64,000 bases of DNA, taken from contig CAWEJX010000004.1 of assembly GCA_963809485.1 (NCBI GenBank), forward strand, positions 32,001-96,000, read 5' to 3'. Position numbers and translations under genes: made by a program. Each line of letters starts with the position of its first letter. Position 1 is the stretch's first letter. The notes under the pieces are model-generated. The model was not told the origin of the DNA. It saw only the letters and a list, made by a program, of their open reading frames with translations, and made no database searches. Positions 50,144-60,372 of the stretch are shown piece after piece. Source of the stretch: an uncultured Acidobacteriota bacterium (GTDB lineage: Bacteria; Acidobacteriota; UBA6911).

Positions 50144-51769
50144 ATGAATGTACTGATACGCTGTCTGCCTGTTTTTGCTTTGATGGTGAACCTGTTCCCC
50201 GCTGCAGCCGCCCAGACAACACTGGAGGTGCTGAATCCGATGGGGTCGATTGAGCCGCCCAAAACCTACGGGCTCTCCCCTCGGGTTGCGGATCTGGCCG
50301 GCAAAAGGATCGCCCTCATGCACAATAACAAACCCGGCGCTTCCAATCTTCTCGATGCCCTGGAAACGCTGTTGAAGGCGAAGTACCCCGGCGCAAGCTT
50401 TTCGCGCGGATTTCAGACGCAGCCGGTAAAGCCGCCAAAGGATCCGGACATGTACAAAAAGGCGGCGGCGGCAAGCGACGTCTTCATTTTTGCCATGGGA
50501 GACTGAGGAACCTGCACGTGGTGGGGTTCCCACCACACGGTGCAGATGGAAAAGCTGGGCGTTCCCGGAGTGCTGCTCGCCAGCTCGCAGTTCCTTACGG
50601 ATGCAAGATCAGCCGCTGCAGACTGGGCGATGCCCGGCATACGCATCGTCGCTATCCCATCGGACAAATGGTACCGGTTTCGCGGAACGGTGAATGAAGT
50701 GCGGCCGCTCGCGGAGGCAGCCCTGGACCCGATCATCAAAGCTCTCACCACTCCCTTGACCGCGCAGGAGGCAAAGCCGCCCCAGCAAACGAAGGTAGAG
50801 CTTCCTCCGATCAAAATAACCGGAGCAGGCTATGCCGACTCCGTTGAGAAAATGAATGCGCTTTTCCTCAAAAACCATATGAGCGACGGGCTGCCCATTG
50901 TGCCTCCGACCCGGGAGGCCGTTGACGCAATGCTCAAAGGCACCTCGCGTTCCCGCGACGAGGTCATCGGCAAGGTCCCCATGAAGTTCGGCATTGCCAC
51001 GGTTGAGAAGATCGCGATCAATGCCGTGATGGCAGGCGCCAAACCGGAATATTTTCCCGTAATCCTTACGGCGATGGAGGCATTCTGCTCCGGTGAGTTC
51101 TGGCACATGATGGGATCCTCCGGCAGTTTTACGCTCATCATCATGGTAAACGGACCTATCGCGAAAGAGATCGATATGAACTCAGGGATCGGTTTTCTGG
51201 GCGACTGCTGGCGCGCCAACAGCACGATCGGGCGCAGCGTGCGGCTTGCGACGCGCAACATCGGCCACACCTGGCCGGCGGAAAACGACATGGCCCTGGT
51301 CGGCCGTCCATCGGCTCACACCTTTTTCACATTTGCCGAAAACGAAGAAATGAATCCATGGGAGCCCTACCACGTGAGCATGGGCTTTAGGAAGGAAGAC
51401 AGCACGGTGACGATGACGAAGGTGGGATCGTATTTCGGGGCTTCAGGTCAAACGGTAGGAGGCGGCGCTGTCGCAACCTGGACCGCTCAGTCCATCCTGG
51501 ATGGGATGGCGGGACACGCAACATCCAAGGGCGGCGGCTATTACACCTGGTTCCACCCGGAAGGCGCGCAGGCGCTGGTGGATGCCGGCTTCACCAGCCG
51601 CAGCAAAATACAGGAGTGGTTTTCCAGCAAAACCGGAGTCTTGCCCAGGAATATATCGGTCGCCGTCACCGGCGGCGTGCCGGGGTACTCGATGATATGG
51701 GGTTACGAACTGGATTCCCATGTGACCAAGAAGATTCAGGGCGCCACTTTAACCAAAGCCGGCCGCTAA
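50144..51769 (+). CDS. UGSC-family selenoprotein (Sec121, TGA 50504-50506, motif D-U-G-T-C), signal peptide, 541 aa
   Basis: ORFs 50111-50506 and 50540-51769 are in the same frame and separated by one TGA: FAMGD-U-GTCTWWGSHHTVQMEKLGVP. C-terminal SDGLPIVPPT, KIAINAVMAGAKPEY, ANSTIGR, FAENEE. Confidence 0.9.
50512..50545 (+). promoter_or_regulatory. Bacterial SECIS-like hairpin
   Basis: CTGCAC-GTGGTGG[GGTTC]CCACCAC-ACG-GTGCAG. Apical loop begins 19 nt after the TGA. Confidence 0.8.
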
Positions 51770-51776
51770 TTTCCAG

Positions 51777-51849
51777 GGGGACAGTCACCGGTGTCCCCGA
51801 AAGCGTCTGCAAAAGAGCTTTCGTTTAAAGGGGACACTGGTGACTGTCC
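51777..51849. repeat. REP/REPIN-like inverted pair (GGGGACA family)
   Basis: GGGGACAGTCACCGGTGTCCCC ... GGGGACACTGGTGACTGTCC. Related units at 27802-27823 and 55559-55604. Confidence 0.75.
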
Positions 51850-51927
51850 TCCTTGCCTTCCCTATGATCTCCGATACTTGAGGTTGATGGATGCCTCGAT
51901 CGATAAATCTGCATCCGGGAGGACATC

Positions 51928-52980
51928 ATGCATATTCCGATCATCCGGACATCATTTCTTGCGGGCCTTGCGATGTTCATGGCGATTGCCGCCGCGAACT
52001 CCGGCGATGGGGAGGAGATCCCGCCTTCGCTGGAAAAGCGGCTCGAGGCGATTGAGAAGAAGGTCGACGCCGCTCAATACACCTTCGACCAGATCCTCAA
52101 GCGCATCGACGACGTGCTGTGGTTTGAGCGTGTCGGCGACCTGGCGTCGGTGGACAAGGTTTACATCACTTCGCAGCCCGATCCGAAGGGTGAAGAAACC
52201 TACGGCATCAAAAACGAAAGGCACCCCTTTAAAATCTGGACCTACCTCTTCGTGCCCAGGAATCTCGACCGCTCGAAAAAAGCGCCGCTGCTGGTCCTGC
52301 CGCACGGGGGCGTGCACGCGGACTTCACCACCTACCACACCCACATTGTCCGCGAGCTGATGGACCTGGGATACGTGGTGGCGGCGCCCGAATACCGCGG
52401 CTCTACCGGATACGGCAAGGAATATCAGCAGGCCATCGACTACGGCGGGCTCGAGATCGACGACAGCATCGCCGCCCGCGACTGGGCTGTCGAAACGCTG
52501 CCCTTCGTCGATCCCCGTCGCGTCGGCATTATCGGATGGAGTCATGGCGGGCTCATCGCGCTTATGGCAGTGTTCGACCACCCGGATAAATTCCAGGTAG
52601 CCTATGCAGGGGTCCCCGTATCGGATCTTGTGGCGCGGATGGGATACTCGGACACCGACTATCGGGATGAATTCTCAGCCAAGTATCACCTCGGCAAAAC
52701 GGCCAACGAGGACGTCGAACTGTACCGCCGGCGGTCGCCTGCATGGAACGCCGAAAAACTTCGCACCCCCCTTCTCATTCACACGACCACGAACGATCGC
52801 GATGTTAATGTGATCGAGGTGGAGCACCTGATTGCCCAGCTCAAAGCAGCAGGCAAGGAATTTCAATACAGGATATACAAGGATGCTCCCGGCGGGCACA
52901 GCTTCAACCGTACGGACACAGCGCTGGCCCGTGAGTCGCGCAACGAAATTTACGCCTTCCTGGCGAAATATTTGAAGTAG
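51928..52980 (+). CDS. S9 family (prolyl oligopeptidase-like) peptidase, exported
   Basis: PHGGVH, YRGSTGYG, GWSHGG nucleophile, NDRDV, GGHSF. Confidence 0.9.
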   Translation: MHIPIIRTSFLAGLAMFMAIAAANSGDGEEIPPSLEKRLEAIEKKVDAAQYTFDQILKRIDDVLWFERVGDLASVDKVYITSQPDPKGEETYGIKNERHPFKIWTYLFVPRNLDRSKKAPLLVLPHGGVHADFTTYHTHIVRELMDLGYVVAAPEYRGSTGYGKEYQQAIDYGGLEIDDSIAARDWAVETLPFVDPRRVGIIGWSHGGLIALMAVFDHPDKFQVAYAGVPVSDLVARMGYSDTDYRDEFSAKYHLGKTANEDVELYRRRSPAWNAEKLRTPLLIHTTTNDRDVNVIEVEHLIAQLKAAGKEFQYRIYKDAPGGHSFNRTDTALARESRNEIYAFLAKYLK

Positions 52981-53006
52981 GTGAATCCGGGCTTCTTCAG
53001 CAATCA

Positions 53007-53110
53007 TTAACGCTGACCTACGCTGACACTCGCTGACCAACGCGGAAAAACATATATATATTTCAGAATCAGCGTGTGTCAGTTTTTGTCGGCGTTCGTC
53101 GGCGTTATAA
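53007..53110. repeat. AACGCTGA-family palindromic repeat
   Basis: Tandem (A/C)CGCTGAC units facing TCAGCG/TCGGCGTT units, between convergent genes. Confidence 0.7.
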
Positions 53111-53155
53111 AAACCAGCCTGTCGCTGTTTCCAGTTTACACCGTGAAGAGCAGCA

Positions 53156-54559
53156 CTATCCGGTGCGGGACAGGGATGAAAGCTGCTGCCAGATCGTGAG
53201 GGCGCCGAGCGTCCCGAACATCAGCGTCGCCCATACGAGCACCCACAGGCGGTAGGAACGGACCCGTATGGCTGCGGGCAAATGGCGCCGGTTGATGACG
53301 ATGAGGAGGACGGAGTAAAGGCACATCATCGTCCCGCCCACCGACGCCGAGATGATGAGAAGCGCCATCGGCTGGGCGAGGCCGGAGATCAGAATCGCGC
53401 AGCCGATCGCCACGAGTCCCCACACAAGAATGAAGTAGATACGGCTTTCGGATATTTGCGCGGCCGGCAGATAGGTGGACTTCACGATATCCGCCGCCAG
53501 GCGGCTGGTGTAGTCGATGACACCCATCGCGGCTCCGAACAGGGAAAACGCGCCGATGGCCCAAAAGAGAACCCCGAACCAGGGCGCTACAATGCTCTTC
53601 AGGCGCTGACCCTCGCTCTGCAGGAAAGCAACGTTGTTGGGCAATCCCGGCTGGCCGAAAAGAACCGAGTGCGCCAGCATCGACGTGAAAACGATCGTAA
53701 CCACGGTCATCAAAAAGAATGTCAGCGTCTGTTCCACGTTGGCGAAGCGCCACCAGCGCCGCCAGCGGGCCATATTCGTCTCATCCGGCTCGAAAATGTA
53801 GCTTAACGGCACCGGGGCCGCTTCTTCAGTACCTGTGACGGGGCTGACGATGCGCGGCACATATTTTCCCATTCCAAATCCCTTGTCGCGTATCCAGTTG
53901 CTTTGGCAAAGATTCTGACCTCCGCCGGCTCCTGCGAAAGCCACGGCGCTGAGGAGCAGCGCGAATCCGAGTTCCGCCGGGAATTTCCCGAAACCTGCGA
54001 CACCCGCAGGCAATGCCGCCCAACTGTCCTTTGTAATGGCAAAGACGATTGCGAGTACAACCAGTACCCCAACGGCGGCGACCTTTACAAAAATGATCCG
54101 CTCGAGCGCAATATACACGACAGGCGCGAGCGTAAGCGCTGCGCCGATGACCAGGAGCCCGATGACGGCAATAAGCGCCGGACTGCCGCCCCCGAAAAGG
54201 TAGGTTACGAGCGTGGCCGAGCTCAGCGCCCACCCCGGCCATAGGTTTGCGAAATAGACCATGATGGCAAGCAGAAGCCCCCAGTGCTTCCATATCCGGT
54301 TGAAGCCCGTCATCGCGGTCTCGCCCGTGGCAAGCGTATATCGCTCAATCTCCATGTTGAGAAAAAGCTGGGTACCGGCCCCGACCACGGCTCCCCACAG
54401 GAATATCAGACCGACCTGCGAAGCGATGAAGGGCCACAGCACAAATTCGCCCGATGAAAGGCCGACGCCGGCTCCCACGATGCCGGGTCCGACAATACGC
54501 CAAAGGTTTGCAGGAGGAGCAGGCAGATCACGAACGGTGCGGGATTCATGTGTCGGCAT
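53156..54559 (-). CDS. Nramp-like (APC superfamily) transporter
   Basis: GPGIVGAGVGLSSGEFVLWP, EIERYTLATGET, AFAGAGG; multiple TM helices. Confidence 0.82.
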   Translation of the reverse strand: MPTHESRTVRDLPAPPANLWRIVGPGIVGAGVGLSSGEFVLWPFIASQVGLIFLWGAVVGAGTQLFLNMEIERYTLATGETAMTGFNRIWKHWGLLLAIMVYFANLWPGWALSSATLVTYLFGGGSPALIAVIGLLVIGAALTLAPVVYIALERIIFVKVAAVGVLVVLAIVFAITKDSWAALPAGVAGFGKFPAELGFALLLSAVAFAGAGGGQNLCQSNWIRDKGFGMGKYVPRIVSPVTGTEEAAPVPLSYIFEPDETNMARWRRWWRFANVEQTLTFFLMTVVTIVFTSMLAHSVLFGQPGLPNNVAFLQSEGQRLKSIVAPWFGVLFWAIGAFSLFGAAMGVIDYTSRLAADIVKSTYLPAAQISESRIYFILVWGLVAIGCAILISGLAQPMALLIISASVGGTMMCLYSVLLIVINRRHLPAAIRVRSYRLWVLVWATLMFGTLGALTIWQQLSSLSRTG

Positions 54560-54657
54560 AGTTCGCCCATATTACTCCAAATCATGTACGCACGACCGCA
54601 ATTCGGGGAGAGCGTCTTATGGTTGCAGGGTTTGCGGGATTGATTCCAGATCCGTAG

Positions 54658-55551
54658 CTATGAATTACGGTGGGGATTGATTTCAGGCGAACCGCCGGAA
54701 TCGTCGCGAAACAATTTCTCGAAAAGCTCGACCGATCCCGGTGCGTACCCGGCATAGTGGTTGTTGAAGTAAACATAGACGGGCTTCGCGGCGGCCAGCA
54801 GGCTTTTTATGGGCGGGATCCAGGCCTTCATCTGTTCCGCGCGGTCCACGATAAGGCTTTCCCAGGAGCGTTTCCGCCGGCCCTTTTCCCGGGCTTCCTG
54901 GACAGCCGCGTCCATCTGTTTGCGGTTGCCGAGGAAGCGCATGTATGCAAAAGGCGCCGTAAAAACCTCTTTGCGGTGGGCCAGCTTGGGAAGCGGATCC
55001 ATGGTGTAGTAGTCGATGAAAACCAGGGAGATGTCGCGGCTGCGCAGGATATCCAGGAGGGCAGGCTGAACCCACCGGGAATTTCGAATCTCTATCGCCC
55101 ATTTGAATTCCCGCGGAAGCAGGCCGGCGAAACCTCTGAGGCGGCGGATGAAATCGGCCCCGGTCGCATACTCTTCCGGCGACTTTCCTTTGGCGACATA
55201 CGGGAACTGCAAAACAAGCGGTCCAAGTTTTTCCCCTAATGCCGACATGACGGATACGAATTCCTTGAGCTCGGCCTCGCATCCTTCCAGATATTTTTCG
55301 TGGCTGATCACCTGGGGAACTTTGGCCGAGAAGACGAATCCTTCGGGCGTCCTCGATCTCCAGTTCTCGACCATCTTCCGGCTTGGCATCCGGTACCAGG
55401 TGCTGTCAATTTCCACCGTTCTGAGCTTGCTTGAATACACCCGGATCATGTCTTCGGGTTCTATGGACTCCGGGTAAAAAGCTCCGCACCAGTCGGTCGT
55501 ACTCCAGCTTGAAGTACCCACAAAGAGGTTGGGTGGCAGTTTCGTGCTCAT
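54658..55551 (-). CDS. DUF72 (YecE) family protein
   Basis: GTSSWS, VEIDSTWY, KVPQVISH, LQFP, IEIRN, YFNNHYAG. Confidence 0.92.
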   Translation of the reverse strand: MSTKLPPNLFVGTSSWSTTDWCGAFYPESIEPEDMIRVYSSKLRTVEIDSTWYRMPSRKMVENWRSRTPEGFVFSAKVPQVISHEKYLEGCEAELKEFVSVMSALGEKLGPLVLQFPYVAKGKSPEEYATGADFIRRLRGFAGLLPREFKWAIEIRNSRWVQPALLDILRSRDISLVFIDYYTMDPLPKLAHRKEVFTAPFAYMRFLGNRKQMDAAVQEAREKGRRKRSWESLIVDRAEQMKAWIPPIKSLLAAAKPVYVYFNNHYAGYAPGSVELFEKLFRDDSGGSPEINPHRNS

Positions 55552-55558
55552 ATTTTGG

Positions 55559-55604
55559 GGGGACAGCCACCAGTGTCCCCCGGGGGACACTGGTGGCTGT
55601 CCCC
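55559..55604. repeat. Perfect 46-bp palindrome (two head-to-head GGGGACA-family REP units)
   Basis: GGGGACAGCCACCAGTGTCCCCC|GGGGGACACTGGTGGCTGTCCCC. Confidence 0.85.
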
Positions 55605-56167
55605 TAGATAATACCCTTTTGGATCAGGATCTCGAGCGCCCATCGCGCAGATTTTCCTACCACGCTCATGCATTTCGACGGATCGGAATGTCCGCCGGCC
55701 TCTTCAAACGTTTTCCAGTCGTCGGGATCCAGAAGGTTGAAGGACCGGCCGAAAAGCCTGGACTGGACCTGCGGGCACAGGATTGAGCCATATTCCTTTA
55801 AGAACCGGTCACCCAACAACCTGGCCGTCGCCATGGCTTCAGAGAGGCATTCCATACCCTCCGGAATCGGATGCGTTGCCGAGACCATGCCGGCGGGGCG
55901 GCCAAGATAATAGTCCAGCACCATGGTCCCGCCGATCACACCGCCGCAGGCGCCCGTCGTAAGACCTGCCTGGCCTCCGCACGAAGACGTGGCAACCTTG
56001 ACAACAATATCCTCAAATCCAAGGATTTCATGCAGCGCCGCCGCCGTGCACTGGGAACAGCTGCCCGAATATTTTTCGAAATTGACACCAAGCTCGAAGG
56101 CTTTCTCCAGCAGCTGTTTCTGCGACAGCCCGCGATATTTTTCCGATACCCGCTGTTTTTCTGGCAA
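55604..56167 (-). CDS. C-GCAxxG-C-C family redox-active protein
   Basis: SCSQC, GACGGVIGG, YGSILC, KC. Probable TTG start at 56167. Confidence 0.85.
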   Translation of the reverse strand: MPEKQRVSEKYRGLSQKQLLEKAFELGVNFEKYSGSCSQCTAAALHEILGFEDIVVKVATSSCGGQAGLTTGACGGVIGGTMVLDYYLGRPAGMVSATHPIPEGMECLSEAMATARLLGDRFLKEYGSILCPQVQSRLFGRSFNLLDPDDWKTFEEAGGHSDPSKCMSVVGKSARWALEILIQKGII

Positions 56168-56248
56168 GAGAACCCAACCTTTCCTAAAAAAACAGCCACG
56201 AATTATCACCAATCCTGCAATTCGTGGCTGTTTCGATCCCGAAACGAA

Positions 56249-57862
56249 CTACATCAGGCCGCTGTAGAAATCATTTCCCTTGTCATCCACCAGGATGAAG
56301 GCAGGGAAGTCTTCAACCTCGATTCTCCAGACCGCTTCCATCCCCAGTTCGGGATAATCGATGCATTCGACCTTCTTGATATTTTCCTCCGCCAGCAAAG
56401 CGGCCGGCCCGCCGATAGATCCGAGATAAAAGCCGCCATGTTTTTTGCAGGCGTCGGTCACCTGTTTGGATCGATTCCCCTTGGCGATCATTATCATGGA
56501 ACCCCCGTTGGATTGCAGCAGGTCGACATAGGAATCCATGCGTCCGGCCGTGGTGGGCCCGAAGGAACCGGATGGTTTTCCCGGCGGGGTTTTGGCAGGG
56601 CCCGCGTAATAGATCGGGTGATTCTTCAGGTAATCGGGCAATAGTTTGCCCGCATCGAGAAGCTCCTTGAATTTGGCGTGGGCGATGTCCCGGCCGACAA
56701 TGATGGTGCCGTTCAGGGAAAGCTGAGTCGCGACAGGATACTTGCTCAATTCGGTCAGTATCTGTTTCATCGGCTGATTGAGGTTGATCTTGACGACACC
56801 GTGCTCGTGCTTCCCGCGGTATCGGTCGGGGATCAGGCGGCCCGGATTCGTGTCCATCTGTTCGAGCCAGATGCCGTCCTTGTTGATCTTGGCTTTAATA
56901 TTGCGGTCCGCCGAACAGGATACGCCCATACCGACGGGGCAGGAAGCGCCGTGACGCGGCAGGCGTATGACGCGCACGTCGTGAGCAAAGTACTTGCCTC
57001 CGAACTGTGCGCCGATGCCGCACTCCTGGGCCGCTTTGAGCAGCCTGGCTTCCATCGCAAGGTCGCGGAAAGCCTGGCCGCCTGCGTTGCCCGAGGTCGG
57101 CAGGTGATCCAGGTAGCCGGCTGAAGCGAGCTTGACGGCTTTAAGCGTGCTTTCGGCGCTGGTGCCCCCTATCACAAACGCCAGGTGATAGGGCGGACAG
57201 GCTGCGGTGCCCAGGGTTTTCATCTTGGCCACCAGGAATTTTCCCAGGCTCTCGGGATTCAGCAGGGCCTTGGTTTCCTGGAACAGGAAGGTTTTGTTGG
57301 CGCTGCCGCCGCCTTTGGCGATAAACAGGAAACGATATTCATTCCCGTCGGTAGCGTAAATATCGATCTGGGCGGGCAGATTGCATCCGGAGTTGATCTC
57401 CTTATACATATCCAGCCCCACAGTCTGCGAGTAGCGGAGGTTCTCTTCGGTATATGTCTTAAAAACTCCTTTGGACAGGAATTCCTCATCCTTGCCGCCG
57501 GTCCACACTCTCTGGCCTTTTTTGCCCATAATGGTGGCCGTGCCCGTGTCCTGGCAGAAAGGCAATTCAAATTTGGCCGAGACTTCCGCATTGCGCAGCA
57601 TGGCGATGGCGACGCCTCGGTCATTATTGGAGGCTTCCGGGTCTTTGAGAATCTCGGCGACCTGCTCGTTGTGCCCGGGGCGCAGCAGGAAAGAGACATC
57701 CCTCATGGCCTGGTTGGCCAGAAAGACCAGCGCTTCAGGCTCGATCTTGAGGATCTCTTCGCCATCGAGCAGGGTTGTGCTGACGAAATCTTTGGTCAGG
57801 AGGCGATAGGGCGTGTCATCCTTGGACAGAGGGAATGGATCCTGGTATTTGAATTCCACCAT
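56249..57862 (-). CDS. Class I (Fe-S) fumarate hydratase
   Basis: [54 protein letters not shown]. Confidence 0.96.
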   Translation of the reverse strand: MVEFKYQDPFPLSKDDTPYRLLTKDFVSTTLLDGEEILKIEPEALVFLANQAMRDVSFLLRPGHNEQVAEILKDPEASNNDRGVAIAMLRNAEVSAKFELPFCQDTGTATIMGKKGQRVWTGGKDEEFLSKGVFKTYTEENLRYSQTVGLDMYKEINSGCNLPAQIDIYATDGNEYRFLFIAKGGGSANKTFLFQETKALLNPESLGKFLVAKMKTLGTAACPPYHLAFVIGGTSAESTLKAVKLASAGYLDHLPTSGNAGGQAFRDLAMEARLLKAAQECGIGAQFGGKYFAHDVRVIRLPRHGASCPVGMGVSCSADRNIKAKINKDGIWLEQMDTNPGRLIPDRYRGKHEHGVVKINLNQPMKQILTELSKYPVATQLSLNGTIIVGRDIAHAKFKELLDAGKLLPDYLKNHPIYYAGPAKTPPGKPSGSFGPTTAGRMDSYVDLLQSNGGSMIMIAKGNRSKQVTDACKKHGGFYLGSIGGPAALLAEENIKKVECIDYPELGMEAVWRIEVEDFPAFILVDDKGNDFYSGLM

Positions 57863-58075
57863 GTTACTCTCTCCTTATTTTCACTTAACCATCTATGAAG
57901 AAGGGGCAAGCTGCCCGACTATTCCCGCTATTATAGGCAAACGTAATATCTCTGTCGACAACCTCGATCAAATGACCGGAAAAGGCCTTAATCTCCGGCG
58001 AACATACCGGGCCTGCCGATAGGATTCCATGGTCTGATACTGGGGATCGGTCGATGCGGTTCTGCGCGGATTCCA

Positions 58076-59083
58076 TCAGGAATTGCGGGCAGAATCCTCC
58101 GGCACAATGAACAGGGTCCGCTTCTCGAGTCCGCGCAGGATAGTAAGCTTAGAGGCAGCGCCAAGCGTGGCCTCTGTCAAAAGTATGTGCAGGTCATCGA
58201 TACCTGCAGTAGGGTTCTCGTTGTAAGCCAGCAGGATATCTCCTTCCATAAGACCGGCACGCTGCGCCGGGCTGCCGGATTCCACGGATACGACCAGTAT
58301 GCCCGTTTCCAGTGGCAGGTGGTGGAAGCGGATGACGCGCCTGGGCAGGGAGATATTCTGCCCTGCGACGCCGATGAAACCGCGGCGCATCCTCCCGTCG
58401 CGAATCAGGCGGCTGGCCACTAATTTTGCAGTATTGATCGCAATGGCGAAGCAGATCCCCTGGGCCGGAAGAATTATCGCTGTGTTTACCCCTATGACCT
58501 CGCCCCGCGAAGTGACCAGCGGGCCGCCGCTGTTTCCGGGATTCAGGGCGGCGTCGGTCTGGATGATGCTGTCGATCAGACGGCCCGAGGTTGACCTCAG
58601 CGAACGCCCCAGGGCGCTTATAACGCCCGTCGTCACGGTACACTGAAAACCGAAGGGATTGCCGATGGCAATCACCAGTTGCCCCACTTTTGCCCGTTGC
58701 GAATCCCCAAGCGAGACGGGCGCCAGGGAAGGAGCCGAAATGCGGACCACGGCCAGATCCGTATCCGGATCATCGCCGATAAGCTCAGCCTCATAGCGAG
58801 CGCCATCCGTCAACACAACCTCGATCCGCGAGGCGCCGTGGACGACATGGCTATTGGTGAGCACAAAGCCGTCCGGCGTGAAGATGAAGCCGGAGCCGCT
58901 GCCGCGGACGTCCGGTGGACGTTCTTCCTGGCTTCGCCCCGGCTTCGAAGACTGGCGGACATCGATATTGACAACGGAGGGGCTGACTTTCGCAGCGGCG
59001 GTTGTCACAGCCTGCGAATACGCGTCCAGCAGGGCATCATCGTTTGCGGCCGGCGAATGGGAATCCGGGAGCGGATTGCGCAT
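58076..59083 (-). CDS. HtrA/DegP-like trypsin serine protease with PDZ domain
   Basis: [43 protein letters not shown]. Confidence 0.93.
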   Translation of the reverse strand: MRNPLPDSHSPAANDDALLDAYSQAVTTAAAKVSPSVVNIDVRQSSKPGRSQEERPPDVRGSGSGFIFTPDGFVLTNSHVVHGASRIEVVLTDGARYEAELIGDDPDTDLAVVRISAPSLAPVSLGDSQRAKVGQLVIAIGNPFGFQCTVTTGVISALGRSLRSTSGRLIDSIIQTDAALNPGNSGGPLVTSRGEVIGVNTAIILPAQGICFAIAINTAKLVASRLIRDGRMRRGFIGVAGQNISLPRRVIRFHHLPLETGILVVSVESGSPAQRAGLMEGDILLAYNENPTAGIDDLHILLTEATLGAASKLTILRGLEKRTLFIVPEDSARNS

Positions 59084-59234
59084 GCTCTCCGCCCCGGACA
59101 CTCTTCTCAACAAGGATTTCCGGGCCTCATTACTCCTGCTCATAATCAAAGCATAAGATCGGGAAGACAAATTTGCCGCCGGGACGGCATATTCCAAACA
59201 GCAAGACGGCGAAGCCATGGGAATGCAATGCATT

Positions 59235-59284
59235 TACTTTATAATATAAAGTACTTGACACAATAGTTTCACCTGTGCCAGAAT
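59235..59284 (+). promoter_or_regulatory. Palindromic operator next to a sigma70-like promoter
   Basis: TACTTTATA-A-TATAAAGTA (59235-59253), then TTGACA (59255-59260) and TG-C-CAGAAT. Confidence 0.75.
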
Positions 59285-59310
59285 CTGCCGTCATCGGAGG
59301 GCCTTGCGCA

Positions 59311-59916
59311 ATGGTGGAGCATCCTGACGTGCAGACGGCGCATGAAAATCTGCTCTATATCAGAAAAACCCTCGAGGCGGCCGGTCAATTCACGGCTGTT
59401 TCAGGCAAATCGCTGGTGGCGGCGGGTTTTGCCGCGCTGGCCGGGGCTGCCGTGAACCACTGGATTACGGGGGCGCCCTGGAATTCACAAACCGATCCTC
59501 GCCCCGCCCTGGCTGTTTGGGGAATTGTCCTCGGGGTGTCGCTGACTATCGTGCTGTTCGGCATATATCGAAAAAGCCTGCAGATGAGGACCTCGATCCG
59601 GCCGCCGCTGCTGCGCAAGCTGCTCTGGAGCCTGTGCCCGGCTCTTTTCGTGGGCGCTTTGCTTAGCGTCCTCGTTGTCCGGTCGGGCAGCCTGGATTGG
59701 CTGCCGGTCGTATGGCTGGGTTGCTACGGAGCGGCTGTCGCCAACGGCGGTCTGGTGTCCGTGGCGCCGATCCGCTACATGGGGTTGTGTTTTCTGGCGG
59801 CTGCAGCAGGCGCAGCACTGTCGCCGAGAGAGGCAGGATTGGGTTGGCTTGCCCTGGGGTTTGGCTGGCTGCATATCGTCTATGGCGCGTATATCGCCAG
59901 GAGGCACAATGGCTAA
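59311..59916 (+). CDS. Membrane protein (about 6 TM) coupled to the HTH regulator
   Basis: AHENLLYIRKTLE, WLGCYG, GFGWLHIVYG. Stop overlaps the next start. Confidence 0.75.
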   Translation: MVEHPDVQTAHENLLYIRKTLEAAGQFTAVSGKSLVAAGFAALAGAAVNHWITGAPWNSQTDPRPALAVWGIVLGVSLTIVLFGIYRKSLQMRTSIRPPLLRKLLWSLCPALFVGALLSVLVVRSGSLDWLPVVWLGCYGAAVANGGLVSVAPIRYMGLCFLAAAAGAALSPREAGLGWLALGFGWLHIVYGAYIARRHNG

Positions 59917-60292
59917 GAAGGGCAAAGCAAAGCATCCTTCCCCCAACGAGCTGGATCCTTTGATCCACGAACGCCTGCGCCTGGGAATCCTCTCCACGCT
60001 GGCAGTGCAGGAATCCATCTCCTTCACGGAGTTGCGCGACCTCCTCCAGACGACCGACGGCAATTTAAGCGTCCAGGCACGCCGGCTGGAATCTGCCGGC
60101 TACGTGACTTGCGACAAGAAGTTTGAACGCCGAAAACCCAAAAGCACGTATCGCCTTACCCCTGCGGGGAGGGCAGCCCTTGAGCAATATCTCAAGACGC
60201 TCGCCGACCTGCTACCGGATCTCGCCCGGGTGCGAAGCCCGGGCGAGCGCGCGCTGCGCGCCAAAATAGACCCTCTCCTGTCCGGTATTTGA
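59909..60292 (+). CDS. Winged-helix transcriptional regulator (HTH_34, ArsR/MarR-like)
   Basis: LDPLIHERLRLGI, TDGNLS, LESAGYV, TYRLTPAGR. Confidence 0.9.
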   Translation: MAKKGKAKHPSPNELDPLIHERLRLGILSTLAVQESISFTELRDLLQTTDGNLSVQARRLESAGYVTCDKKFERRKPKSTYRLTPAGRAALEQYLKTLADLLPDLARVRSPGERALRAKIDPLLSGI

Positions 60293-60332
60293 AATTGCCG
60301 GGGCATCCGGTCGGAGGAGAGGTGCATACGGT

Positions 60333-60351
60333 TACTTTATATTATAAAGTA
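60333..60351. promoter_or_regulatory. Second copy of the palindromic operator
   Basis: TACTTTATA-T-TATAAAGTA directly upstream of the uppS RBS. Confidence 0.8.
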
Positions 60352-60372
60352 CTTTTTCAATGGAGATTTCCT

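Noticed and set aside
55604-56167. C-GCAxxG-C-C protein as another selenoprotein
   Set aside because: No in-frame TGA; all motif positions are Cys codons.
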